Shown: positions 16,033-23,447, counted from the stretch's first letter. The stretch is DNA of 32,000 nt from Planifilum fimeticola (GCF_003001905.1 NZ_PVNE01000006.1:81407-113406), one strand, 5' to 3'. Notes: generated from the letters alone by a model not told the origin. Numbers and translations are program-made.

Positions 16033-18369
16033 TTATTTGATGGAATCTCCGTCCTTCACGGTGGAGGGACGCAGGCGGAAGAGCGATTTGACGGCGAACC
16101 ATGCCAGTGGCAGCACGCCGAAGACGATGAAGATCGTGTCGGGAAGGATGCGCCACCACAGCAGCGTCCGAACGACGGGTTCCTGGTAGAATCCGGGGTC
16201 GCGGGCCGCCCAGAACCCGACCTGATAGGATTCGGCCAGCTGCAGGATTCCGACGGGGAGCAGCGTGATGAGAATCATGCCCGCCAAGCCGATGTTGAGC
16301 CCCCAGCAGGAGATCTTGAGGATGCGGTCGTTCCAGGCTTCCGGCTTGACGATGTTGCGCAGGGTGTAGAGCAAGACGGCGACGGCGAACATGCCGTAGA
16401 CCCCCATCAGCGCTCCATGGCCGTGGGCCGGTGTCAGGAAGGAGCCGTGCTGATAGTACGACACCGCCGGGAGATTGATCAGGAAGCCGAGCACCCCTGC
16501 GCCGACGAGGTTCCATACGGCCGTGGAGATGAGGAACCAGAAGGCCGCCCGGTACGGAAAGGATACGCCGCCCTGTTTCATGATCCGGTAGTGTCCGTAG
16601 GCTTCCAGGATGAGCAGCGTGAGCGGGATCACTTCCAGCGCCGAGAACACCGCGCCGAGGCCGATCCAGATCTCCGGGGCGCCGATCCAGTAATAGTGGT
16701 GACCGGTTCCGATCACCCCGCTGCCGAGCAGGAGGATCAGCTGGAAGTACAAGGCGCGAACCGTCGATTTTTTGGTGACGAGCCCCATCTGCACGAGCAG
16801 GAAGCCGATGACGACGACGGCAAAGACCTCGAAGATGCCCTCCACCCACAGATGGATGATCCACCAGCGCCAGTAATCGGCGTAGGTGATGTTGCTGCCG
16901 GGGTTGAAGAAGAAGGCGAAGACGTAGAAGACCGGCACGGCGACGGCCGAGTAGAACAACAGGTGCACCAGGCCGCCCTTGTCCGTTTCCTCTTTCAACG
17001 TGCGGCGCAATCCGCGGTAGACGATGAACAGCCAGATGAACATGCCGATGGCCAGAATCACTTGCCACAGGCGTCCGAGCTCTAGATACTCCCATCCCTG
17101 ATGGCCAAACAGGAACCACAGGTTGCCCAGGTATCCCTTCACACCCAGCCATTCGCCGATCATGCTGCCGGCGACCAGGATCACGAGGGCCCAAAACAGG
17201 AGGTCCGTCAGGAGACCCTGCCGTTTCGGCTCGCGTCCTCCGACGAGCGGAGAGATGTAAATTCCCATGCCCAACCAGGCTGTCGCGATCCAAAAGATGG
17301 CCAGCTGCAGGTGGTATCCCTTGGCGATGTTGAAGGGGAGGATGTCGGCGATCCAATCCAGGCCGAAGAAGGAATCCGGTTCAATGTAATAGTGGGCGAG
17401 CAGCGCCCCGAACATCACCTGGACGAGGAACAAAACCGCCACGACGGCGAGATATTTGCCGGTTTTGCGCTGGCTCGGGGTGATCGGCAGGGCTTCCAGG
17501 TTGTAGCGTGGGAATCGGCCTTCGGAGTAGGCCTCTTGCATATCCAGCTTGTAGCGATGGTAGAAGTAGAGGATGAGCGCAGTGAAACCGATCAGGAGGG
17601 CCGTGCTGGCTGCGCTCCACCAGATGGATGCGAAGGTCATCGCGTTGCCCGCATCTTCGTCATAGGGCCAATTGTTCGTAAAAGTATGGGTTTCGCCCGG
17701 GCGGTTGACGCTGGAAAGCCATGCGGTCCAGAAGAAAAAGTCGGCGATTTGCGTCAGCTGATCCCCCTCCGCCACCCAGGCGCGGCCGGTATCCGGCATG
17801 TGCTCTTCCCGGATCAGGCCCGGCAGAATCCCGCGTCCATCCCCCTCCGTGAAGACGGTTCGGTAGTGCTTTCGCACCTTCTGAAGGGCGTGTACCTGGG
17901 CGTCGGTGAGAGTGAGGATGTCGGCATCGGGATCGTACCGGTTGACCTTGATTTCTTCTTTCACCTTTTCTCTAATGAGGGATTTTTCCGATTCGTTCAA
18001 CCGGGCGAAGGGCTTTCCAAAATCCTGTTTGGCATGGTAATCCTGCATCTCCGTGACGACGATGTGAAGCGCCTCCGTGGTGTAGTCCGGACCCAGATAG
18101 GAACCGTGACCGAGCACCGATCCGTAGTCCATCAACCCGTATTTCTGGTAAACGGCCTGACCGCCCTTGATCTGCTCGGCGGTGGTGATCACGTCTCCCG
18201 AGGGGCTGATCACCTTCGCAGGGCGGGGGGCCATCGATTCATAAACCCAATATCCCCCGACGAGGAGGACGGTGAAGCTGACGATGAGCGTGACGATCAG
18301 AATCTGCTTCAACAGGTTCCCCTTAACCGTCGAGGTTTTCTGAGGGGATGTTCGAAGCTTCGATTTCAT
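16033..18369 (-). CDS. norZ: quinol-dependent nitric oxide reductase (qNor, single-subunit NorB/NorZ type)
   Basis: 778 aa. An N-terminal TM segment plus a periplasmic extension is fused to a 12-TM heme-copper-oxidase-like core with many conserved His (HGHGALMG, HHYYWIG, IIHLWVEG). The length fits qNor rather than the 450-aa cNor NorB. SD GGGAGGA lies 7 nt before the ATG at 18369. Confidence 0.9.
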   Translation of the reverse strand: MKSKLRTSPQKTSTVKGNLLKQILIVTLIVSFTVLLVGGYWVYESMAPRPAKVISPSGDVITTAEQIKGGQAVYQKYGLMDYGSVLGHGSYLGPDYTTEALHIVVTEMQDYHAKQDFGKPFARLNESEKSLIREKVKEEIKVNRYDPDADILTLTDAQVHALQKVRKHYRTVFTEGDGRGILPGLIREEHMPDTGRAWVAEGDQLTQIADFFFWTAWLSSVNRPGETHTFTNNWPYDEDAGNAMTFASIWWSAASTALLIGFTALILYFYHRYKLDMQEAYSEGRFPRYNLEALPITPSQRKTGKYLAVVAVLFLVQVMFGALLAHYYIEPDSFFGLDWIADILPFNIAKGYHLQLAIFWIATAWLGMGIYISPLVGGREPKRQGLLTDLLFWALVILVAGSMIGEWLGVKGYLGNLWFLFGHQGWEYLELGRLWQVILAIGMFIWLFIVYRGLRRTLKEETDKGGLVHLLFYSAVAVPVFYVFAFFFNPGSNITYADYWRWWIIHLWVEGIFEVFAVVVIGFLLVQMGLVTKKSTVRALYFQLILLLGSGVIGTGHHYYWIGAPEIWIGLGAVFSALEVIPLTLLILEAYGHYRIMKQGGVSFPYRAAFWFLISTAVWNLVGAGVLGFLINLPAVSYYQHGSFLTPAHGHGALMGVYGMFAVAVLLYTLRNIVKPEAWNDRILKISCWGLNIGLAGMILITLLPVGILQLAESYQVGFWAARDPGFYQEPVVRTLLWWRILPDTIFIVFGVLPLAWFAVKSLFRLRPSTVKDGDSIK

Positions 18370-18407
18370 CCCGTCTTCCTCCCATCCTTTGGTTTTAGGG
18401 CGATTCC

Positions 18408-18453
18408 AGTATAGGATGAGACGGAAGGGATACTTGTGACTCCCGTCACAAGT
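18408..18453 (-). promoter_or_regulatory. qNor class-II-like promoter: 22-bp palindrome ACTTGTGACTCCCGTCACAAGT plus a -10 TATACT
   Basis: TGTGA 18435-18439 and TCACA 18446-18450 (centre 18442.5). Reverse-strand TATACT at 18413-18408, 29.5 nt from the centre. Confidence 0.65.
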
Positions 18454-18502
18454 TTTAACGTGTTAACCGATTTGACACTTGTTGTTCAAGGATGACGCCC
18501 CG

Positions 18503-18546
18503 GATTTGACACAATTCACAGTCGGGCTCGCAGGTACGCTTACAAT
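18503..18546 (+). promoter_or_regulatory. promoter of the LpdD-like gene: box TTTGA-N6-TCACA plus a -10 TACAAT
   Basis: GATTTGACACAATTCACAGT (18503-18522, centre 18512.5). TACAAT at 18541-18546, 28.5 nt from the centre. Confidence 0.5.
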
Positions 18547-18630
18547 GGCAGAGGACCCCGGCTGCGCCTTCTTCAGGATGAAGGGGGAACCGACGCCGGA
18601 GTTGCGATTGTCTGTGGAGTAAAGGTCGGG

Positions 18631-19005
18631 ATGGTCGGGAGGTGTTGGTGCTTGGTGACTCGTCCGATCCGCATTCGCCTGCGCACCGTTCCGGTGGGAA
18701 CCGATCTCGCCGTGTTGATCACCGGCGGTCGGGAGCACATCGGGGCGGTGGCCACGGCTTATCGGGAGGGGGACCGGGTCAAGGTGGAAACGCACGTCCT
18801 TCCGGGGCATCGGGAGGGGGATTTGGCGGCGGAGACGGCCCGCATGGCGGCTTTATCCCTGAAATGCACCGTCACCGTTGCCATGGGGATTCACCAGGAC
18901 GAGGCGACGCGGGAGGAAATCGACGAGATCGTCAGGACGGTGCGCCGGTTGATGGAAGAAGAGCTGAGGCGCAGAGCATGTGGAGGGGCGGAGGGGCGTT
19001 CATGA
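18631..19005 (+). CDS. small LpdD-like / PAC2-fold-like protein (family assignment from memory, uncertain)
   Basis: ORF 18631..19005. An alternative TTG start at 18652 lies 7 nt after GGAGGTG. DLAVLITGGREHIGAVATAY and TVAMGIHQDEATREEIDEI resemble the remembered LpdD pattern (DLLIVVTGG..PHIG.V ... GIH...I). Confidence 0.6.
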   Translation: MVGRCWCLVTRPIRIRLRTVPVGTDLAVLITGGREHIGAVATAYREGDRVKVETHVLPGHREGDLAAETARMAALSLKCTVTVAMGIHQDEATREEIDEIVRTVRRLMEEELRRRACGGAEGRS

Positions 19006-19095
19006 CGGGAGAGCAGGAGATATCTTCCGGGAAGGGAGACGGGAGCCGTCGCTTTCGTTTCGCCTGCCTTCCTGTTTTCATCGGGATTCGCGCCG

Positions 19096-19139
19096 GTGTG
19101 ATGTTCGTCACGTTTTTCGTGGCGCCTCCTTCCTAAAAT
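19096..19139 (+). promoter_or_regulatory. hemerythrin-gene class-II-like promoter: box GTGTGATGTTCGTCACGT plus a -10 TAAAAT
   Basis: TGTGA 19097-19101 and TCACG 19108-19112 (centre 19104.5). TAAAAT at 19134-19139, 29.5 nt from the centre. Confidence 0.6.
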
Positions 19140-19169
19140 AAAGGCAAACGAGACAAGGAGGGAAGGGTG

Positions 19170-19715
19170 ATGGATATCGGACCCGGCTGTGGGATGATGG
19201 GTTTCGCTGAAGCCTCCGGTCCCCTCTGCGCAGGCTTGGAACGGTTGAAAAGAGAACACCCGCCGCTTTTGAAGCAGATGGAGGAGTTGGCGGATTCGGC
19301 CCGAGGGTTCGCTGGCGATGCCGGAAGCGGGGGATGGAAGGAAGCCCTGCGCTCCCTGGAGGAACAGGTTCGTTCCTTCACGGCCGAGTTGGATCTCCAC
19401 TCGAAGCGGGAGGAAGATGTCCTGTTTCCGATGATGGCCAAATATATCGGACGGGAGACGGGGCCCATCGCCGTGATGGAATACGAACACGAGCAAGCCA
19501 AGGCGCGCCTGTCCGAGTTCCTCTCCGAAGTGGAGAAGTTCGACGAGTCCGCCGGGGCGGATGCCGCCCGGAGGATCGCCGGTGAGGTGGAGACGGCCGT
19601 GCAGATCTTGACGGACCATTTTATGAAGGAGGAGAACGTGCTCTTTCCGATGGCGGAGCGCATCCTGTCCGATGCGGAAAAGGAAGAGCTTCTGGAGAGG
19701 GTTCAGGCGATTTGA
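19170..19715 (+). CDS. hemerythrin/HHE cation-binding domain protein (DnrN/ScdA/YtfE-like di-iron protein)
   Basis: ATG at 19170 lies 8 nt after AAGGAGG. Repeated H..E motifs (LKREHPPLL, LHSKREEDVLFP, MEYEHEQA, LTDHFMKEENVLFP) are typical of the hemerythrin HHE domain. Such proteins are commonly linked to NO stress and denitrification loci. Confidence 0.8.
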   Translation: MDIGPGCGMMGFAEASGPLCAGLERLKREHPPLLKQMEELADSARGFAGDAGSGGWKEALRSLEEQVRSFTAELDLHSKREEDVLFPMMAKYIGRETGPIAVMEYEHEQAKARLSEFLSEVEKFDESAGADAARRIAGEVETAVQILTDHFMKEENVLFPMAERILSDAEKEELLERVQAI

Positions 19716-19724
19716 CTGCAAGGA

Positions 19725-19766
19725 AAGCGGCGCATGCCGTCGAGGATGCGCCGCTTCAATTTTTTG
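19725..19766. terminator. terminator between the convergent hemerythrin and fnr genes
   Basis: AAGCGGCGCAT / ATGCGCCGCTT stem with a 10-nt loop, then CAATTTTTT. Confidence 0.7.
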
Positions 19767-19784
19767 ACGGGGAATCTCGGAAAT

Positions 19785-20495
19785 TCAGATGATACATACG
19801 TTTCCGGGGCAGCGGCCGTCACAGTGGCACAGCTTTCGGAGGCGGTTCAGATCGTGGATGATCAGCCTGCCGGACCGCATGCTGAGGATGTGTTCCCTTT
19901 TCATCCGGCTCAGCATGCGGTTGACGCTTTCCCGGGTGGCGCCGATGAAGTTGGCCAGATCCTGGTTGGTCAGCCGCATGGGGATCAGGATGCCCTCCTC
20001 CGTCCTTTTGCCGCAGGTGTTGCAGAGGCGGATCAGGGTGGAGGCGAGCGCCCCGGTTTTGCCGTATACCAGGAGATCGCGCATTTTGGTCTCCAAAATC
20101 CGCTGGTTGACGGTGAGCCACTGGATGAACCGGATGGCCAGGTCGGGGTGGCGGAGCAGCAGGGCCTCCAATTCCTCCTTGTGGATGACGCCGAGGAACG
20201 CATCCGTCAAGGTGACGGCGTTGCTCCACTGGAAGGGGGACGGGAGCGTGCAGGGATCACCGACCAGGTCTCCGGCGTACTTGAGGGAGAGCGCGATTTC
20301 CTCCCCGCTTTCGGTGTTGTTGAAGATCTTGACGATCCCCTCATGGATGAAGTAGAGATAATCGGCTTGTTCTTTGTCCTGGAACAAGTTGATGCCGCTG
20401 TTCACCCTTTTGGAGGTCATCAGTGAGCTCAACCGCTTCAGCTGCTCCGGTTGGAAATAGTCGACAAACCGATGGGCGGACACCGCGGAAGTCAT
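19785..20495 (-). CDS. fnr: Crp/Fnr-family regulator, Bacillus-type Fnr with a C-terminal Cys cluster
   Basis: ORF 19785..20633. ATG at 20495 lies 7 nt after AGGAGG. cNMP-binding-like domain, an HTH (TNQDLANFIGATRESVNRMLSRM) and a C-terminal CHCDGRCPGNVC motif. This recalls the C-terminal [4Fe-4S] ligands of B. subtilis Fnr. Confidence 0.85.
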   Translation of the reverse strand: MTSAVSAHRFVDYFQPEQLKRLSSLMTSKRVNSGINLFQDKEQADYLYFIHEGIVKIFNNTESGEEIALSLKYAGDLVGDPCTLPSPFQWSNAVTLTDAFLGVIHKEELEALLLRHPDLAIRFIQWLTVNQRILETKMRDLLVYGKTGALASTLIRLCNTCGKRTEEGILIPMRLTNQDLANFIGATRESVNRMLSRMKREHILSMRSGRLIIHDLNRLRKLCHCDGRCPGNVCII

Positions 20496-20549
20496 GGGGA
20501 ATCCTCCTCTCCGTTTGCGCAGGAAGCGGAATGGTGAAGGTTTTGCGAA

Positions 20550-20594
20550 ACTGTGATATTTGTCACGATGAAGGGGTGAGTCCTGGGTTACGAT
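20550..20594 (+). promoter_or_regulatory. ywiC-like gene promoter: box CTGTGATATTTGTCACGA plus a -10-like TACGAT
   Basis: TGTGA 20552-20556 and TCACG 20563-20567 (centre 20559.5). TACGAT at 20589-20594, 29.5 nt from the centre. The box lies in the divergent fnr/ywiC-like intergenic region. Confidence 0.5.
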
Positions 20595-20656
20595 GAGAAC
20601 AGAACAAACCCCGAGGCACGGCGGGATGCTCATTTTGAAGACTGGAGGAGTCTGCG

Positions 20657-21394
20657 ATGAAACCGATCCTTCCGAGGGAACATGGCGGATGGGCCATGGT
20701 ATCCGTCCCCTTTCTCCTTGGCATGTTCGTGGGTGGGCCCAAATGGTTGCATCTTCCGCTGTTTTTCGGATGGATGCTGTTTTACCTGGCGGCCTATCCC
20801 TTCCGCCTGGCGCTGATGCGGCGGAAAGATCGGCGCAATTTTGTCCGTTGGGCGCTGATTTATTGGGCCCTGGGGATGGTTTTCCTGATCCCCCCGCTCC
20901 TTTGGGAGCCTTCGCTGTTATGGGCGGGCCCCGTGCTGGCCGCGTTGTTCTGCATCAACGGGTGGTACGCGTACCGGCGAAACGAGCGTTCCTTCGTCAA
21001 TGACCTGTGCGCCATTCTCGCCTTTTCGGTCGGCGGTGCGGCCGCCCACATGGTCGGAGCCGGGAGTTGGGACGCCATGGCCCTGTGGGTTGCGGTGCCG
21101 TGTATCCTGTACTTTTTGGGGAGCGTCTTTTTTGTCAAGTCGGTGTTTCGGGAGCGCAAAAACGAAAGATGGCTGATCGCCTCAAAGGGATATCACCTGC
21201 TGCTCCTGATCCTGACGGCTCTCCTGGAGCCCTGGTTCGTCCTGCCCTACGCTTTTTCGGCCTTCAGGGCCTTCTTGTGGGGCGGAAAGACGATCCGTCC
21301 GATGAAGGTGGGAATCATCGAGATCGTCGGATCGTTGCTCTTCCTCGTCCTTTCCATCATCGCTTTTTCCGCCACTCGTCCGCCCACGATTTGA
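20657..21394 (+). CDS. YwiC-like integral membrane protein
   Basis: SD GGAGGAG before the ATG. The N-terminus PREHGGWAMVSVPFLLG matches the remembered YwiC-like signature. About 8 TM segments. In B. subtilis, ywiC lies beside fnr/arfM/nar and is Fnr-controlled. Confidence 0.75.
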   Translation: MKPILPREHGGWAMVSVPFLLGMFVGGPKWLHLPLFFGWMLFYLAAYPFRLALMRRKDRRNFVRWALIYWALGMVFLIPPLLWEPSLLWAGPVLAALFCINGWYAYRRNERSFVNDLCAILAFSVGGAAAHMVGAGSWDAMALWVAVPCILYFLGSVFFVKSVFRERKNERWLIASKGYHLLLLILTALLEPWFVLPYAFSAFRAFLWGGKTIRPMKVGIIEIVGSLLFLVLSIIAFSATRPPTI

Positions 21395-22067
21395 GGGCTT
21401 CCACATCCTTGAGGACGATATGGTTGCGGTTCATTTCCAAAATGCGCTGGCGGCGCAAATCGTTGAGCATGCGGTTGACGCTCTCGCGGGTGGTTCCCGC
21501 CATGCTGGCCAGGTCCTGGTGTGTGACGGGGAGCCGGAGCACCACCGTTCCGTCCTGGGTTGTTCCGTGGGTTTCGGCCAGCCGCAGGAGGATGGCGCAG
21601 ATGCGGTGGCGCACATCCTGGTAGGTGAGTTCCTGCAGCTTTTCTTGCAGCTCGCGGATTTTTGCCCCCAAAACCCGCAGTACCTTCACCGCGATGGTGG
21701 GAGTGGACAGCAAAAGCTGCTCGAAGGATTGGATGGGAATCGCGAAGACGCGGGTGGGCTTGACGGCTTCGGCGTTGGCGGGGTAGGGGCTCTGATCGAA
21801 GAATCCCGTGTGGGGGAACATGTCCCCCTTGGCCAGCAGGGAGACGATCTGCTCATGTCCGTTGGCATCCACCTTAAAGGCTTTGACGAGCCCGTCGACG
21901 ATGAAATAGACGGCTTCGCGCGGGCTTCCCTCCGCGAAGATGAGCGATTTCTTCGGGTAGGAGCGCGGGATCGCGATGGAAGCGATCCGTTCCAGCTCTT
22001 CGTCGGTGAGATCCAGAAACAGCGGCACATTGCGGAGAAGAGGGACCAATTGAGACAAGTCCATCAC
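21357..22067 (-). CDS. Crp/Fnr-family regulator, second paralog without a Cys cluster
   Basis: 236 aa. cNMP-binding-like domain (LFLDLTDEELERIA...YFIVDGLVKAF) and an HTH (THQDLASMAGTTRESVNRMLNDL). It contains a single Cys. The start is ambiguous (GTG 22067, ATG 22064 or TTG 22058 relative to GAGGTG). Confidence 0.85.
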   Translation of the reverse strand: MMDLSQLVPLLRNVPLFLDLTDEELERIASIAIPRSYPKKSLIFAEGSPREAVYFIVDGLVKAFKVDANGHEQIVSLLAKGDMFPHTGFFDQSPYPANAEAVKPTRVFAIPIQSFEQLLLSTPTIAVKVLRVLGAKIRELQEKLQELTYQDVRHRICAILLRLAETHGTTQDGTVVLRLPVTHQDLASMAGTTRESVNRMLNDLRRQRILEMNRNHIVLKDVEALKSWADEWRKKR

Positions 22068-22137
22068 CTCGATGGATCAAAATTGGGACAACCGCCCGAC
22101 CGGGGGCTGTGCCCGGCGATGTCGCAAATCTTCCGCT

Positions 22138-22170
22138 AAGACCTGATGTCCGCAAAGACTTGATGTCCGC
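22138..22170. repeat. tandem 17-bp direct repeat AAGACYTGATGTCCGC x2 in the crp2/radical-SAM intergenic region
   Basis: AAGACCTGATGTCCGC at 22138-22153 and AAGACTTGATGTCCGC at 22155-22170. One mismatch. Confidence 0.7.
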
Positions 22171-22218
22171 TCATGACGGAGTGTTTGGTTTCATTGTACC
22201 CCAACGATTCAGGGGAGA

Positions 22219-22262
22219 GTGTGACGAACTTCATACTGTTTTTCCAAAGACTTTGTTACGTT
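22219..22262 (+). promoter_or_regulatory. weaker Fnr-type box GTGTGACGAACTTCATAC plus a -10-like TACGTT ahead of the radical SAM gene
   Basis: TGTGA 22220-22224 and TCATA 22231-22235 (centre 22227.5). TACGTT at 22257-22262, 29.5 nt from the centre. Confidence 0.35.
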
Positions 22263-22346
22263 GTGAACAAACAGGATTTCCCGTTTCGGTCCCGCCGGGA
22301 CGGGAAAACAGGGCGTCGTTATCCCTTTCATAAGGAGGAATCCCTT

Positions 22347-23447
22347 TTGATTGACTTTCACCAATCTCCCTTTCTGGTCATCTGGGAAGTGACTCGTGCC
22401 TGCGCCCTCAAATGCCTCCATTGCCGGGCCGAGGCGCAGTATCGTCGGGATCCCCGCGAGTTGACGACGGAAGAGGGGAAAGCCTTGATTCGCGAGATTC
22501 GCGATTTGGGCGCCCCCCTGCTGGTCTTCACCGGCGGCGATCCGCTGATGCGGGAGGACCTCTTTGAGCTGGCCGAATACGCCAAAGGGCAGGGGCTGAT
22601 CGTATCGCTCACGCCCAGCGCCACCCCGCGGGTGACGGAGAAAGCGATGCGCCGGGCGATGGAGGTGGGGCTCGACCGATGGGCCTTCAGTCTCGACGGA
22701 TCGACGGCGGAGATCCATGACGCCTTCCGCGGCACGTCCGGATCCTACGACCTGACCATGCGCGCCATCGGCATGCTGCGCAAGCTCGGGATGCCGCTGC
22801 AGATCAACACCACCGTCAGTCGCTACAATCTCGACGATCTGCCCGACATTGCTCGCCTGCTCGAAGAGATGGGCATCGTGCTGTGGAGCGTCTTTTTCCT
22901 CGTGCCCACCGGCCGCGGCAAGGCGGACGACATGATCACCGCGGAGGAGCATGAGCGGGTGTTCCACTGGCTGGCCGATCTCTCCGGGCGCGTCCCCTTT
23001 GACATCAAGACGACGGCGGCGCCTCCCTACCGCCGCGTGATAATGCAGCGGGAGAAAATGAAGAGCGGTCCGGGAGCGGCGGCCGGTGCTCCTCCCTGGG
23101 TGGCCGGGCGCCAACGGCAGTTGCGGGCACCGCGCGCCGTCAACGACGGCAACGGTTTCGCCTTCGTTTCCCACATCGGCGATGTGTATCCCAGCGGCTT
23201 TTTGCCGATCGCCTGCGGGAACGTGCGGGAGCGCTCCCTCACGGAGATCTATCGGACGCACCCGACCTTTGTCTCCCTGCGCGATCCGGAGCGGCTGAAG
23301 GGAAAGTGCGGGGTGTGCGAGTTCCGTTCCGTCTGCGGGGGATCCCGGGCCCGTGCTTACGCCGTGACCGGCGATCCCTTGGAGAGCGATCCGACCTGCG
23401 CCTATGTGCCCCGGGAGTGGTCGAAGCGGGCGGCCAGTTCTTCGTAG
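22347..23447 (+). CDS. radical SAM/SPASM-domain enzyme (NirJ/AhbD-like class, exact function unknown)
   Basis: ORF 22173..23447. TTG start at 22347 lies 7 nt after AAGGAGG. CALKCLHC is a CX3CX2C radical SAM cluster motif. The C-terminal Cys-rich region (CGNVRE..., CGVCEFRSVCGGSRARAY, CAYV) is consistent with a SPASM domain. Confidence 0.85.
   Translation: MIDFHQSPFLVIWEVTRACALKCLHCRAEAQYRRDPRELTTEEGKALIREIRDLGAPLLVFTGGDPLMREDLFELAEYAKGQGLIVSLTPSATPRVTEKAMRRAMEVGLDRWAFSLDGSTAEIHDAFRGTSGSYDLTMRAIGMLRKLGMPLQINTTVSRYNLDDLPDIARLLEEMGIVLWSVFFLVPTGRGKADDMITAEEHERVFHWLADLSGRVPFDIKTTAAPPYRRVIMQREKMKSGPGAAAGAPPWVAGRQRQLRAPRAVNDGNGFAFVSHIGDVYPSGFLPIACGNVRERSLTEIYRTHPTFVSLRDPERLKGKCGVCEFRSVCGGSRARAYAVTGDPLESDPTCAYVPREWSKRAASSS

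Noticed and set aside
14772-18414. Long + strand ORFs (14772..15872, 16417..17085, 17101..18414) antisense to nirK and the qNor gene
   Set aside because: The reverse-strand frames carry the Cu-ligand and heme-copper-oxidase motifs. The + strand translations are Gly/Val/Asp/His-rich mirror frames.
18469-18478. First copy of GATTTGACAC (repeated at 18503-18512), considered as another Fnr-type box
   Set aside because: The downstream half (TTGTT) does not match TCACA, and no -10 hexamer lies at the regulon spacing. Only the second copy fits.
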